A stretch of 64,000 bases of DNA, from NCBI GenBank assembly GCA_003221195.1, contig QHQO01000018.1, positions 3,950-67,949 of the forward strand, written 5' to 3'. This stretch comes from Verrucomicrobiota bacterium (GTDB lineage: Bacteria > Verrucomicrobiota > Verrucomicrobiia > Chthoniobacterales > UBA10450). This document shows positions 17,188-26,189 of this stretch, piece by piece. The translations under genes and the position numbers were made by a program. Below the pieces are notes generated by a model. That model saw only the letters and a list, made by a program, of their open reading frames with translations, did not search any database and was not told the DNA's origin. The number at the start of each line of letters is the position of its first letter. The first letter of the stretch is position 1.

Positions 17188-19560
17188 ATGTCTAGGACCG
17201 CGTTGGCTTCCGAAACCCGCAATCTATCAGGATTCTGCCGATCCATCCAGTCGCGAAACTGGCTGTGGGGAGTTCTCTTAATCGCTCTCGTTTTGGTCGC
17301 ATATGCCAGGGTCTTTAATGCCGGATTCATCTGGGACGATGAATCGCATTTGACCCAGAATCCTTGCATCGTTGGTCCGCTGGGATTGAAGGAAGTCTGG
17401 ACCACCACGCGAGCAGTCTATTACCCACTCGTGCTTACGACTTTCTGGGCCTTGCATAAGGTCGTTGGCTTGACCCCATGGCCATATCATTTTTTGAATG
17501 TGCTTTTGCAGGCCGGATCGGCGGTTTTGTTCTGGCAGGCCTTGCGGCAACTGAGTATTCGCGGTGCATGGCTGGGAGCCGCCCTATGGGCCTTGCATCC
17601 AGTGATGGTACAATCAGTCGCGTGGGTAACTGAGCTCAAGAACACGCAGTCGTGCCTCTTTTATCTCTTGTCCATCTTCTGTTTTTTAAAATGGGACGGC
17701 GCGCGACGGATTACCCGCCTCCGCCAAGGCTACGGCGGGCAGGCGCGGATATCACGGATACAGGATGCGACAAACCAAGGAAATGCAGCCTCTAACGCCC
17801 CTCGGCGGCAGACTGGACGCCGCTCGTTGATGTTATTCGCCTTGTCGTTGTTCTTTTTTGTCCTCGCGACGCTAAGCAAGCCTTCTGTGGTCATGTTGCC
17901 TGTCGTCCTTGTCCTTTGTATCTGGTGGCAAACGGGACGAATCAGTCGCCCTAATGTTTTAGCGCTTGTTCCATTTGTGCTAATATCGGCGGTCGCGAGC
18001 GTCTGGACGATTTTCGAACAAAAGTTTCACGCTGGCGCAATCGGGGCCGAGTGGGCGCAAACCTGGCCAGAACGCTTCGTCATCGCGGGGCGCGTCATAT
18101 GGTTTTACCTGGCGAAATTGGTCTGGCCGCATCCGCTCATCTTCATCTATTCAAGGTGGCAAATTGATTCGTCGCAGCTAACTGCCTATTTACCGTTAAT
18201 CGGGGCGTTGACTGGACTGCTTGTGTTGTGGTTAGGCCGCGCGAAATGGAGTCATGCCGTGTTCTTCGCGGCGGCGTACTACGTGGTTTCCTTGTTTCCG
18301 GTGCTTGGCTTTTTCAACGTCTTTTTCTTCCGTTACTCCTTTGTGAGTGATCATTTTCAATATCTGGCGAGCATGGGACCCCTCGCCCTCGCTGGCGCTG
18401 CGATAACCACGGGTTGCGCCCGTGTGGCTGTAGTCGCCTCGCTGCGTCGAGGCGCTCTAACGTCGTCATTGTCCAGTGACGCGGCAACACTGCGACACAG
18501 CGACGTGGCTATAACAGCGCTCGCTGGACTCTGCGGAGTTCTTCTCCTATCGCTCGTCTTTTTAACATGGCAACAGACGGCCATCTACCGCGATCTTGTT
18601 ACCCTATATACTTCAACATTGACGAAGAATCCTGGTTGCTGGATGGCGCATTATAATTTGGGCATCGCTCTCAATGACCGGGGAAAGATCGATGAGGCGA
18701 TCGCTCATTATCAGCAGGCTATCGAGCTGCGGCCAGGTTATGCCGAGGCGCATTACAATCTGGCCCGGCTTCTCGCGCAGAAGGGCCAGCTCGATGACGC
18801 GGTCACTCATTATGAAAAAGCATTGGAAATAGACCCCGCTGATGCAGAAGCCCGGAACAACCTCGGCGTCACGCTCTTTGGCAGCGGACGTGTGGATGAG
18901 GCGATTACTCATTATCAGGAGGCGCTGAAGATCCGGCCGGATTATGCGGAAGCTATTTGCAATCTGGCGCACGCACTTCTTTCAAAGGGGGATTTAGATA
19001 GCGCGATCGCTCGTTACTCGGCATGCCTCGCACTATCGCCAAATCAGGCCGAGGCTCAGTACGATCTGGCGAGTGCCTTACTCCGAAAAGGGCGGACGAA
19101 TGAAGCAATTGCTCATTACAAAAAAGTGCTCGAGTTGCGGCCGGACAATCCGGATGCCCATGCAAATCTGGGAAGCGCCTTTCTTGCAAAGGGCCGCGTC
19201 CGGGAAGCAATCGCTGCGTACAGGAATGCCCTTCGGATTTCTCCGGAAAATGTGCCTGCCCAAAGTAATCTAGCTTGGCTTCTGGCAACATCGTCAGACC
19301 CGTCGCTCAGGAATGGATCAGAGGCTGTCCTTCTAGCTGAACGGGCCGACTCAGAAAGCTCTCGAAGTGAAAATCACCCGATCGTTCTGCGCATTCTGGC
19401 TGCGGCATACGCTGAGGCTGGCCGCTTTGCTGAGGCCAGGCAAACTGCTCAACAGGCATTGCAAGCGGCAGAGATCCAAGGCAATTCCACTTTGTCCAAC
19501 ACTCTCCGGGATGAAATTACGCTGTACGAACTGGGTTTACCGTACCATAAAGAACAATAA
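17188..19560 (+). CDS. TMTC-like protein: GT-C (PMT_2/DUF1736-type) polytopic N-terminal domain fused to C-terminal TPR array (paralog P1)
   Basis: 790 aa. First-loop FIWDDESH, then HFLNVLLQAG and HPVMVQSVAWVTELKN blocks shared with P5. About 8 TPRs with the repeating signature AIAHYQQAIELRPGYAEAHYNLA. Carries the conserved C-terminal cap NLAWLLATSSDPSLRNG...AAAYAEAGRF...LYELGLPY. Confidence 0.8.
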   Translation: MSRTALASETRNLSGFCRSIQSRNWLWGVLLIALVLVAYARVFNAGFIWDDESHLTQNPCIVGPLGLKEVWTTTRAVYYPLVLTTFWALHKVVGLTPWPYHFLNVLLQAGSAVLFWQALRQLSIRGAWLGAALWALHPVMVQSVAWVTELKNTQSCLFYLLSIFCFLKWDGARRITRLRQGYGGQARISRIQDATNQGNAASNAPRRQTGRRSLMLFALSLFFFVLATLSKPSVVMLPVVLVLCIWWQTGRISRPNVLALVPFVLISAVASVWTIFEQKFHAGAIGAEWAQTWPERFVIAGRVIWFYLAKLVWPHPLIFIYSRWQIDSSQLTAYLPLIGALTGLLVLWLGRAKWSHAVFFAAAYYVVSLFPVLGFFNVFFFRYSFVSDHFQYLASMGPLALAGAAITTGCARVAVVASLRRGALTSSLSSDAATLRHSDVAITALAGLCGVLLLSLVFLTWQQTAIYRDLVTLYTSTLTKNPGCWMAHYNLGIALNDRGKIDEAIAHYQQAIELRPGYAEAHYNLARLLAQKGQLDDAVTHYEKALEIDPADAEARNNLGVTLFGSGRVDEAITHYQEALKIRPDYAEAICNLAHALLSKGDLDSAIARYSACLALSPNQAEAQYDLASALLRKGRTNEAIAHYKKVLELRPDNPDAHANLGSAFLAKGRVREAIAAYRNALRISPENVPAQSNLAWLLATSSDPSLRNGSEAVLLAERADSESSRSENHPIVLRILAAAYAEAGRFAEARQTAQQALQAAEIQGNSTLSNTLRDEITLYELGLPYHKEQ

Positions 19561-19749
19561 CTCGTTGCGAAGACCCTGCGCCGATTGACGATAACCTGGA
19601 AGAACGTGTCGGACAGGTGGTCTGCACCGCTTGACTTGTGAGATGTCAAGGAGCGGCAGTCTCCAGTCCGCCGCCTGCTAAACTCAGCGGTTGGGAAGCT
19701 CCGAGAGGGTCTACGAGCAGCACGACTTGCTCTTGGAATCGCCTCTGTG

Positions 19750-21873
19750 TTATTTCTCGGGAAACGTTTGACGGACTGGAAGGCCTATCTGGTAAAGAGC
19801 GATGTCCCCTTGAAGGACGTTCGCAAGCTGGAGATTGCCTTGGCTGGTCGCTATCTCCTTACCTCGTTGAGCCACTTTAATCGCTTCCGAGAACTGACCG
19901 GATTCCGCATTCGCGGCCGCGAGAGTGCGTAGGCACGACGGATCGGCACCACGGGAAAGCTGGACTGCTCGGGACGCGAGCTCTGTCGCCTTTGCTCCGT
20001 CACGAATGGAAGTGTCACCGCAAGTCGCCAAAAGCCACGCCAGATTGTTCCGCGGCAATGGATCTTGCGGAGAGCTCCGTGCTGCAAGCTCGTACTCAGC
20101 AATTGCATCTCTCCGTAGTCCTTTGTTAAGAAACGCGTCACCCAAAACAGTGTGGAAACTTCCGTCCTCCAGCTGGGTTGAAGCCGCCTTCCGCCATAGA
20201 GCGATGGCCTCGTCGGTCCGCCCCTGCTGAAATAGAATGCTACCCAGATTCAAATACACGTCGCCGTAATCAGGTCGCATTTTTGCCGCTTTCTCGAAAT
20301 GGTCGATTGCTTCTTGTAGCAGGCCTTTCCGGACGAGCGCGGTGGCAAGATTATTCTCGATGAGTGCTCCGCCAAGGTCGTATTGCGCGAGAGCGTGGCT
20401 GGATCGAATCTCCAACGCCTTCTCAAAGTGCGAAATCGCCTGGTCCAATTCGCCCCGTCGTAGGAAAAGATAGCCCAAACTAGTATGTGCCATGTCGTTG
20501 TCAGGGCTAACGGCCAGCGTGTGGTTCCAGAGCACCTGACTATTCTCCCAATACGAGGTCTGCACAAATGCACACCAGCTCAAGGCAACGATGATCGCTG
20601 TCGCGATAGCGGCGCAGAATGGCTTGTAACCGGGGCCGTGTGGGTTGCCCGGCTCGACTCTACGTGATCCATGAGTGATCGGCCGCAGGCTGGTCGCGGC
20701 AAATCGCGAGCCGGAGTTACGCATTGGGGGCGCTATCAGATCGGTGACGCCCCAAACAATCAGCACATACAAGCCGACCTCTGGCAGGTAGGTGTATCGA
20801 TCCGCGCGTGCTTGCTCGCCGACTTGCACCAAACCAATCACGGGCACGAGCATCCCGAGGTAGCAAAACCAGCCAGTCAAAATGTAAGGTCGCTCTTTTC
20901 TCCAATGAATTGCCAACACGCTCATCGCAATGAGAAAGGCACCGGCCAAAAGAATTTGCCAGAGCGGCAGTTGATTGTTGGGATGAGGATAAAAGGGCGC
21001 CAACTGCACTGGCCACAACATCTGCCAGATGTAGGCAACATAACTGACAGCCGCGTTATTCAGTCGCCATGTGAACGGTAACTGGTCCATGGATCCTTTG
21101 GCATAGTGCTGTGCCAGCAAAGTCGCTATGCAGGAGGGAGCGGACAGCGCAAGCAGCGGAATCTTCTCGAGGACAAGACGCGTGCGCTTCTCGGAAAACC
21201 TCTTTAGCGGCCAGTAATCGAGAAGCAAAAGCACGAAGGGCACTGTCACCAGCATGGGTTTCGACATCAGACCGAGCGCGAGGCACAATGCTACGGCCAG
21301 ATAACGCCCGACAGACCGCTTGTGCGCATAACGGACGTACGCCCCCAGTGTGAGCATGAAAAAGACGGCGCTGAGCACATCCTTTCGCTCAGAAACCCAC
21401 GCTACAGATTCGACGTGCAACGGATGAATGGCGAACACAGCCGCCACGAATGCGCTTGGCCAAAACGCGCCCGTCATTTGTTTGAGCACGAAAAAAAGCA
21501 ACAGCACCGCTATCGTATGCAGGAGCACATTAGTGAAGTGATGGCCGCGGGCCTTCAGCCCGAACAACTGGCAGTCGAGCATGTGCGAAATCGTCGTGAG
21601 CGGATGCCAGTTCCGTGCATGAGGATGGGTAAATGCGGTGAGTACGCCGTCTACCGAAAGTCCTCTTGTGATGACCGGGTTTTGATACACATACACATTA
21701 TCGTCGAAATCGACGAAATCGTGCTGCAGAGTTTGACCAAAAACCAACCAAGTGATTGCAACCAAAGCGAGGCAGGCATAAAAAGACGCGAATCCCAACG
21801 AGGGGCCTTTTTTTAGGGGACTCTTGAAAAACTCGAGCGTCTTCTTCTTGGGTCTGTTCTTCTTCTTGCTCAT
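19750..21873 (-). CDS. TMTC-like GT-C + TPR protein (paralog P2)
   Basis: 707 aa. FVDFDDNVY, NWHPLTTISHMLDCQLFG, HHFTNVLLHT and HPLHVESVAWVSERKDVLS are nearly identical blocks in P3 and P4. TPRs and the same C-terminal cap are present. Confidence 0.8.
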   Translation of the reverse strand: MSKKKNRPKKKTLEFFKSPLKKGPSLGFASFYACLALVAITWLVFGQTLQHDFVDFDDNVYVYQNPVITRGLSVDGVLTAFTHPHARNWHPLTTISHMLDCQLFGLKARGHHFTNVLLHTIAVLLLFFVLKQMTGAFWPSAFVAAVFAIHPLHVESVAWVSERKDVLSAVFFMLTLGAYVRYAHKRSVGRYLAVALCLALGLMSKPMLVTVPFVLLLLDYWPLKRFSEKRTRLVLEKIPLLALSAPSCIATLLAQHYAKGSMDQLPFTWRLNNAAVSYVAYIWQMLWPVQLAPFYPHPNNQLPLWQILLAGAFLIAMSVLAIHWRKERPYILTGWFCYLGMLVPVIGLVQVGEQARADRYTYLPEVGLYVLIVWGVTDLIAPPMRNSGSRFAATSLRPITHGSRRVEPGNPHGPGYKPFCAAIATAIIVALSWCAFVQTSYWENSQVLWNHTLAVSPDNDMAHTSLGYLFLRRGELDQAISHFEKALEIRSSHALAQYDLGGALIENNLATALVRKGLLQEAIDHFEKAAKMRPDYGDVYLNLGSILFQQGRTDEAIALWRKAASTQLEDGSFHTVLGDAFLNKGLRRDAIAEYELAARSSPQDPLPRNNLAWLLATCGDTSIRDGAKATELASRAVQLSRGADPSCLRTLAAANAESGQFSEAIKVAQRGKEIATSQGNLQLANVLQGDIALYQIGLPVRQTFPEK

Positions 21874-22135
21874 TCTTCAGAAGCCATTACGAAAGAGTTT
21901 TTACATCCATCGCTCAACGTCTAATTTAGATAACTCGCGCATTCCGCGTGGCCGTTGGGCTTGTTCGTCATGGGGAACTACTATTTCTTAGGCTAGGCCA
22001 CCCAGTGATCTGATTTAAATGACGAGTGGTTGTGGCGTCGCTTCTTCATCATGCGGACTTTGTGCTTCCCTCGTCAATTCGGCGCTGCTTTCAGTGGCCT
22101 CATGTATCCCTGATATCCGCATAACCGGCGATGAA

Positions 22136-24235
22136 TTAATTGCCGAGAGAGTTTTCCCGAAGCGGCAGGCGTCCGCGATAGAGCACAAGATCTTTCTCGA
22201 GACGATTGGCCACGTCGGTCTTTCCTTGCATGGTAGCTATCGCTGCAGCTTGTCGGGCCACGGCGACCGCTTCAGAGAACTGGCCGCTCTCCGCACAAGC
22301 AGCTGCGAGCGTTCGGAGAAACCGTGGTTCTCTACCACCTGAAAGCTGCACTGCTTCCTGGGCAAATCCGACCGCTCGGGCACCGTTGCGGATTGACGCA
22401 TCAGGAGCTGTCGCCAATACCCAGGCAATGTTGTTACGAGAATGGGGATCTTCCGGAGCCAAAGCCAAGGCTGTTTCGTAATGGGCAATCGCCTCCCGTA
22501 GCGAGCCCTTTCGCAAAAGAGCATTACCAAGCCCGGTATGGGAATCTGCGTCATTGGGCTGTAATTCGAGAGCTTTCTCCCAATCAGCGATTGCTTCGTC
22601 GATGCGACCTTTTGCAAAGAGAACGTTACCCCGGTTGTAATAAGCGTCTGCATAATACGGTTGCAATCTAAGTGCCTCCTCGTAATGGACCATTGCTTCG
22701 TCAGATCGCCCTTTTCTGGCCAAAGCGTCAGCGAGGTTCATTTGCACGAAAGCTGAACCCACGTCGTAGTGCGAGTCCGTCTTGCCAGATCTAATTCTTG
22801 CGGCACTTTCGAAGTGCGAGATAGCTTTGTCCAATTCATCGCGGTCAACACGCAGGTACCCGAGGTTATTGTGGGCAACGTCGTTGTCAGTGGTCACCGT
22901 AAGAGCATGGGTCCAAAGGGTCTCGCTGTTTCGCCAGTAGGAAGTCTGAATAAATGCCAGCCATGCCAAGACAGCGATGATTGCTATCGCGACTGCGGCA
23001 GCTACGGCAAACCGTGATCTGGACTGATGGACTGCTGTAACGTCAGCAGCGAGCCACACTGCAAGCAGAAACAGACCGATATGGGGAAGGTAGGTATAGC
23101 GATCGGCATGCCCTTGTTCTCCAACTTGGACGATGCCAATCACTGGAAAGAGCATAACAAGATACCATAACCAGCCGGTGAACAGGTAAGGTCGTCCCCG
23201 TCGATAAACGACCGCTGCCGCAGTGGTGGCAAGCAGGAATCCGATCGCGAGAATGACCTCCCAAATTGCCAGAGTATCATTCGGATGAGGATAAAAAACG
23301 GCGAGGTCTGTCGGCCATAACGTTTTCCACGCGTAAATCGCGTAACTCGCGAACGCGTTTTGCACCCGCCAAAGGAGTGGCAACGGCGGGATCGCACCAG
23401 ACGCGCGTTTTTGCAGGATAAACGTGACGATGCAAGCGCCTGCGGAAAGAACAAGCAACGGGATCTTTTCCAGAAGGAGGCGTCGTATTATGTCTCGTTG
23501 ATTGTTGCACTGTGCGATTTTCTTCTTCCCTGTTGTTAAGGAGGGTTGTTCAAAACGGCGTAGCGGCCAGTAATCGAGAAGGAGAAGGACGATGGGAGCG
23601 CTTACCAGCATTGGCTTGGACATGAGTCCCGCTGCGAAGAGCACAACGACTGCCAGGTACCGCGTTATAGACGGTGCGCGTGCATAACGACCGTATGCGC
23701 CCAGCATGAGTAAAAAGAATACAGCGCTCAGAACGTCTTTTCGCTCGCTTATCCACGCCACGGATTCGACATGCAAGGGGTGTACGGCAAAAAGTGCTGC
23801 GACAATCGTGCTCTTCCATACTGCACCAGTCATTTGCCGCAGTACCTGAAACAGCAGGAGCACCGCGATCGTATGCAAGATAATATTGGTAGCATGATGG
23901 CCGCCGGCGTTCAGACCGTAAAGCTGACAGTCCAGCATGTGCGACAAAGTCGTTAACGGATGCCAGTTGCGTGCGTGCTGGCTGATAAAGGCAACTGCTA
24001 TCCCTTTTATTGTTACCCCAGATTGAATAGCAGGGGTATTATAGACGTATAAGTCGTCATCGAAATTAACAAAATCATAACGGATTGTTTGACCGAATAC
24101 GATCAGGCTAATTACAGCAAGAAACAGGTATATACTGAGAGCTATTACACGGCTACTAAGGCTCCTTTGTATTCCGCCACGGCGGTATTCAAATCGCCGC
24201 TGGTTGTTATTGGCTGTGGAGCTCTGAATCGCCAT
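22136..24235 (-). CDS. TMTC-like GT-C + TPR protein (paralog P3)
   Basis: 699 aa. FVNFDDDLY, NWHPLTTLSHMLDCQLYG and HPLHVESVAWISERKDVLS, with TPRs and the C-terminal cap. The ATG at 24235 overlaps the end of P4 by 29 nt. Confidence 0.8.
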   Translation of the reverse strand: MAIQSSTANNNQRRFEYRRGGIQRSLSSRVIALSIYLFLAVISLIVFGQTIRYDFVNFDDDLYVYNTPAIQSGVTIKGIAVAFISQHARNWHPLTTLSHMLDCQLYGLNAGGHHATNIILHTIAVLLLFQVLRQMTGAVWKSTIVAALFAVHPLHVESVAWISERKDVLSAVFFLLMLGAYGRYARAPSITRYLAVVVLFAAGLMSKPMLVSAPIVLLLLDYWPLRRFEQPSLTTGKKKIAQCNNQRDIIRRLLLEKIPLLVLSAGACIVTFILQKRASGAIPPLPLLWRVQNAFASYAIYAWKTLWPTDLAVFYPHPNDTLAIWEVILAIGFLLATTAAAVVYRRGRPYLFTGWLWYLVMLFPVIGIVQVGEQGHADRYTYLPHIGLFLLAVWLAADVTAVHQSRSRFAVAAAVAIAIIAVLAWLAFIQTSYWRNSETLWTHALTVTTDNDVAHNNLGYLRVDRDELDKAISHFESAARIRSGKTDSHYDVGSAFVQMNLADALARKGRSDEAMVHYEEALRLQPYYADAYYNRGNVLFAKGRIDEAIADWEKALELQPNDADSHTGLGNALLRKGSLREAIAHYETALALAPEDPHSRNNIAWVLATAPDASIRNGARAVGFAQEAVQLSGGREPRFLRTLAAACAESGQFSEAVAVARQAAAIATMQGKTDVANRLEKDLVLYRGRLPLRENSLGN

Positions 24236-26108
24236 GTGTTAAACTAGGGTCTCGCAGCGGCTGGTGTTCTTGGTAAAGGGTAATATTCCCCTGGAGCTCA
24301 GTAGCCAGGCTGAAGTTCCCCTGGCTGTTGGCTAATTCAATCCCCTGCTGCGCAGTCTGAATTGCCTGGGAAAACTCGCCAGTTTCGGCATAAGCTGCCG
24401 CTAAGGTGCGAAAGATTATCGGGATTCGGCGGCCCGAAATGCGCAGAGCATCCTCTGCCAGTTGAACCGCTTTCGCGCCGTCTCGAAGAGAATCGTCCGG
24501 CGAAGTCGCAAATATCCACGCGAGATTGCTCAGGGCGTTTCCGTTGTCTGGTTGAATCGCCAGGACGTTCTGCCATTCTTCAACACCCTCCCTGATTCGA
24601 CCGTGCTGGATCAGCACCGTACCCACAATGTTGTGAACCTCGATGTTATTCGGCTGTAGCTCGAGTAACTTCTGGTAGTGAATCAGCGCGTCCGCGACTT
24701 CACCCTTTTGAAGAAGGGCCTTGGCAAGATTCTCATGAGCAGGGGTGTTGTCGGGTCGAAGATTTACGGCGGCTTGCAATAGCGAGATAGCCTTGTCCAG
24801 TTTAGCTTGTTGCAAATACACGATGCCGAGGTTGTTTTCAGCGACATCGTTATTTGTGGTTACTGCAAGCGCGTGCTTGAACAATGTTTCGCTATCGCGC
24901 CAATACGAGGTCTGGGCCCAGGCGCGCAAGCTCAAGAGGCCGACGGCAAGCGTTGCAGCAGTACTTACAATTGCGCGCCGATGTCGCCACAACGCTGTCA
25001 GATCGGCGGCCGCCCATGTGACCGCAATGTATAGGCCGATCTGGGGCAGATAGGTGTATCGGTCAGCACGCCCCTGCCAACCGACTTGCACCAGCCCAAT
25101 CACCGGTACAAGCATTCCTAGATACCAGAACCAGCCTGTTATTAGGTAGGGCCGCTGTTTTCGCAGGGCGATAGCTACCACACTAATGCTAATTAGGAAG
25201 AGAAGTGAGCAAATGATTTCCCAAAGTGGTAGCCGATTCTCTGGATGCGGGTAGAACACGGCAAGTCGGAGCGGCCAGAGCATTTGCCAGATGTAGAGAA
25301 CATAGCTGACTACCGCGTTGTCAATTCGTTCTAATATCGGCAACTGCTCAGTCCAACCGACCGCACCTTTCTGCGCAACGAACGTCGCGACACTCGAAAT
25401 AGCTGAAAGTGCGATGAGCGGGATTTTTTCCAGCATGCGCCGCCGCAACTGACCTCGGATTCTATCGAGCGGCCAGTAATCCAGAAGCAAAAGCACGAAT
25501 GGCAGTGTCACTAGCATCGGCTTGGACATCAGGCCACAAGCCAACACGAATACTACGACGAGATAACGCCTGACCGATGGGGAGCGCACGTAGTGCACAT
25601 AGGCGAGGAGCATGAGCATAAAGAAAACGCCGCTTAGCACGTCCTTTCGCTCAGCTATCCATGCAACCGATTCGACACGTAAGGGATGAATTGCGAACAC
25701 CGCTGCAACAAACGCGCTCTGCCAAAATGCGCCGGTCATCTGTTGCAACGCAAGAAAAAGAAGTAGGACCGCGATTGTATGCAGTAGAACGTTTGTAAAA
25801 TGATGCCATCCCGGGCGTAACGCATATAACTGGCAGTCCAGCATGTGCGAAATGGTCGTCAGCGGATGCCAGTTCATGGAATGAATGTGAGTGAATGCCC
25901 AGGCAATGCCGCTGACGCTGAGACCGCTTGTTATTTTAGTGTTCTCATAAACATAGCGCGGATCATCGTAGTTAATGAAGTCGTGCCAAAGCGTCTGACC
26001 AAAGACAATCCATGTAAGCACTGCTAGACAGATACAGACGCTCACAGCTTGCCAGCGCGGCTTCAGCGTCCCGTTCATCGCGAAGAAATGACGAAGCACG
26101 AATGACAA
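24207..26108 (-). CDS. TMTC-like GT-C + TPR protein (paralog P4)
   Basis: 633 aa. FINYDDPRY, NWHPLTTISHMLDCQLYA and HPLRVESVAWIAERKDVLS, with TPRs and the cap. Start is uncertain: the first 10 codons (26079-26108) lie in a CACGAAT-type repeat, and the ATG at 26078 (MNGTLKPRW) is an alternative. Confidence 0.75.
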   Translation of the reverse strand: MSFVLRHFFAMNGTLKPRWQAVSVCICLAVLTWIVFGQTLWHDFINYDDPRYVYENTKITSGLSVSGIAWAFTHIHSMNWHPLTTISHMLDCQLYALRPGWHHFTNVLLHTIAVLLLFLALQQMTGAFWQSAFVAAVFAIHPLRVESVAWIAERKDVLSGVFFMLMLLAYVHYVRSPSVRRYLVVVFVLACGLMSKPMLVTLPFVLLLLDYWPLDRIRGQLRRRMLEKIPLIALSAISSVATFVAQKGAVGWTEQLPILERIDNAVVSYVLYIWQMLWPLRLAVFYPHPENRLPLWEIICSLLFLISISVVAIALRKQRPYLITGWFWYLGMLVPVIGLVQVGWQGRADRYTYLPQIGLYIAVTWAAADLTALWRHRRAIVSTAATLAVGLLSLRAWAQTSYWRDSETLFKHALAVTTNNDVAENNLGIVYLQQAKLDKAISLLQAAVNLRPDNTPAHENLAKALLQKGEVADALIHYQKLLELQPNNIEVHNIVGTVLIQHGRIREGVEEWQNVLAIQPDNGNALSNLAWIFATSPDDSLRDGAKAVQLAEDALRISGRRIPIIFRTLAAAYAETGEFSQAIQTAQQGIELANSQGNFSLATELQGNITLYQEHQPLRDPSLTHGDSELHSQ

Positions 26109-26189
26109 AGAGGCAGATCAAGAGCTCTGTTATTCGTGGTTAATTCAGACTTCCTCATCGGCGTTGCAGCATTCGCTGGTCAATTGCAC

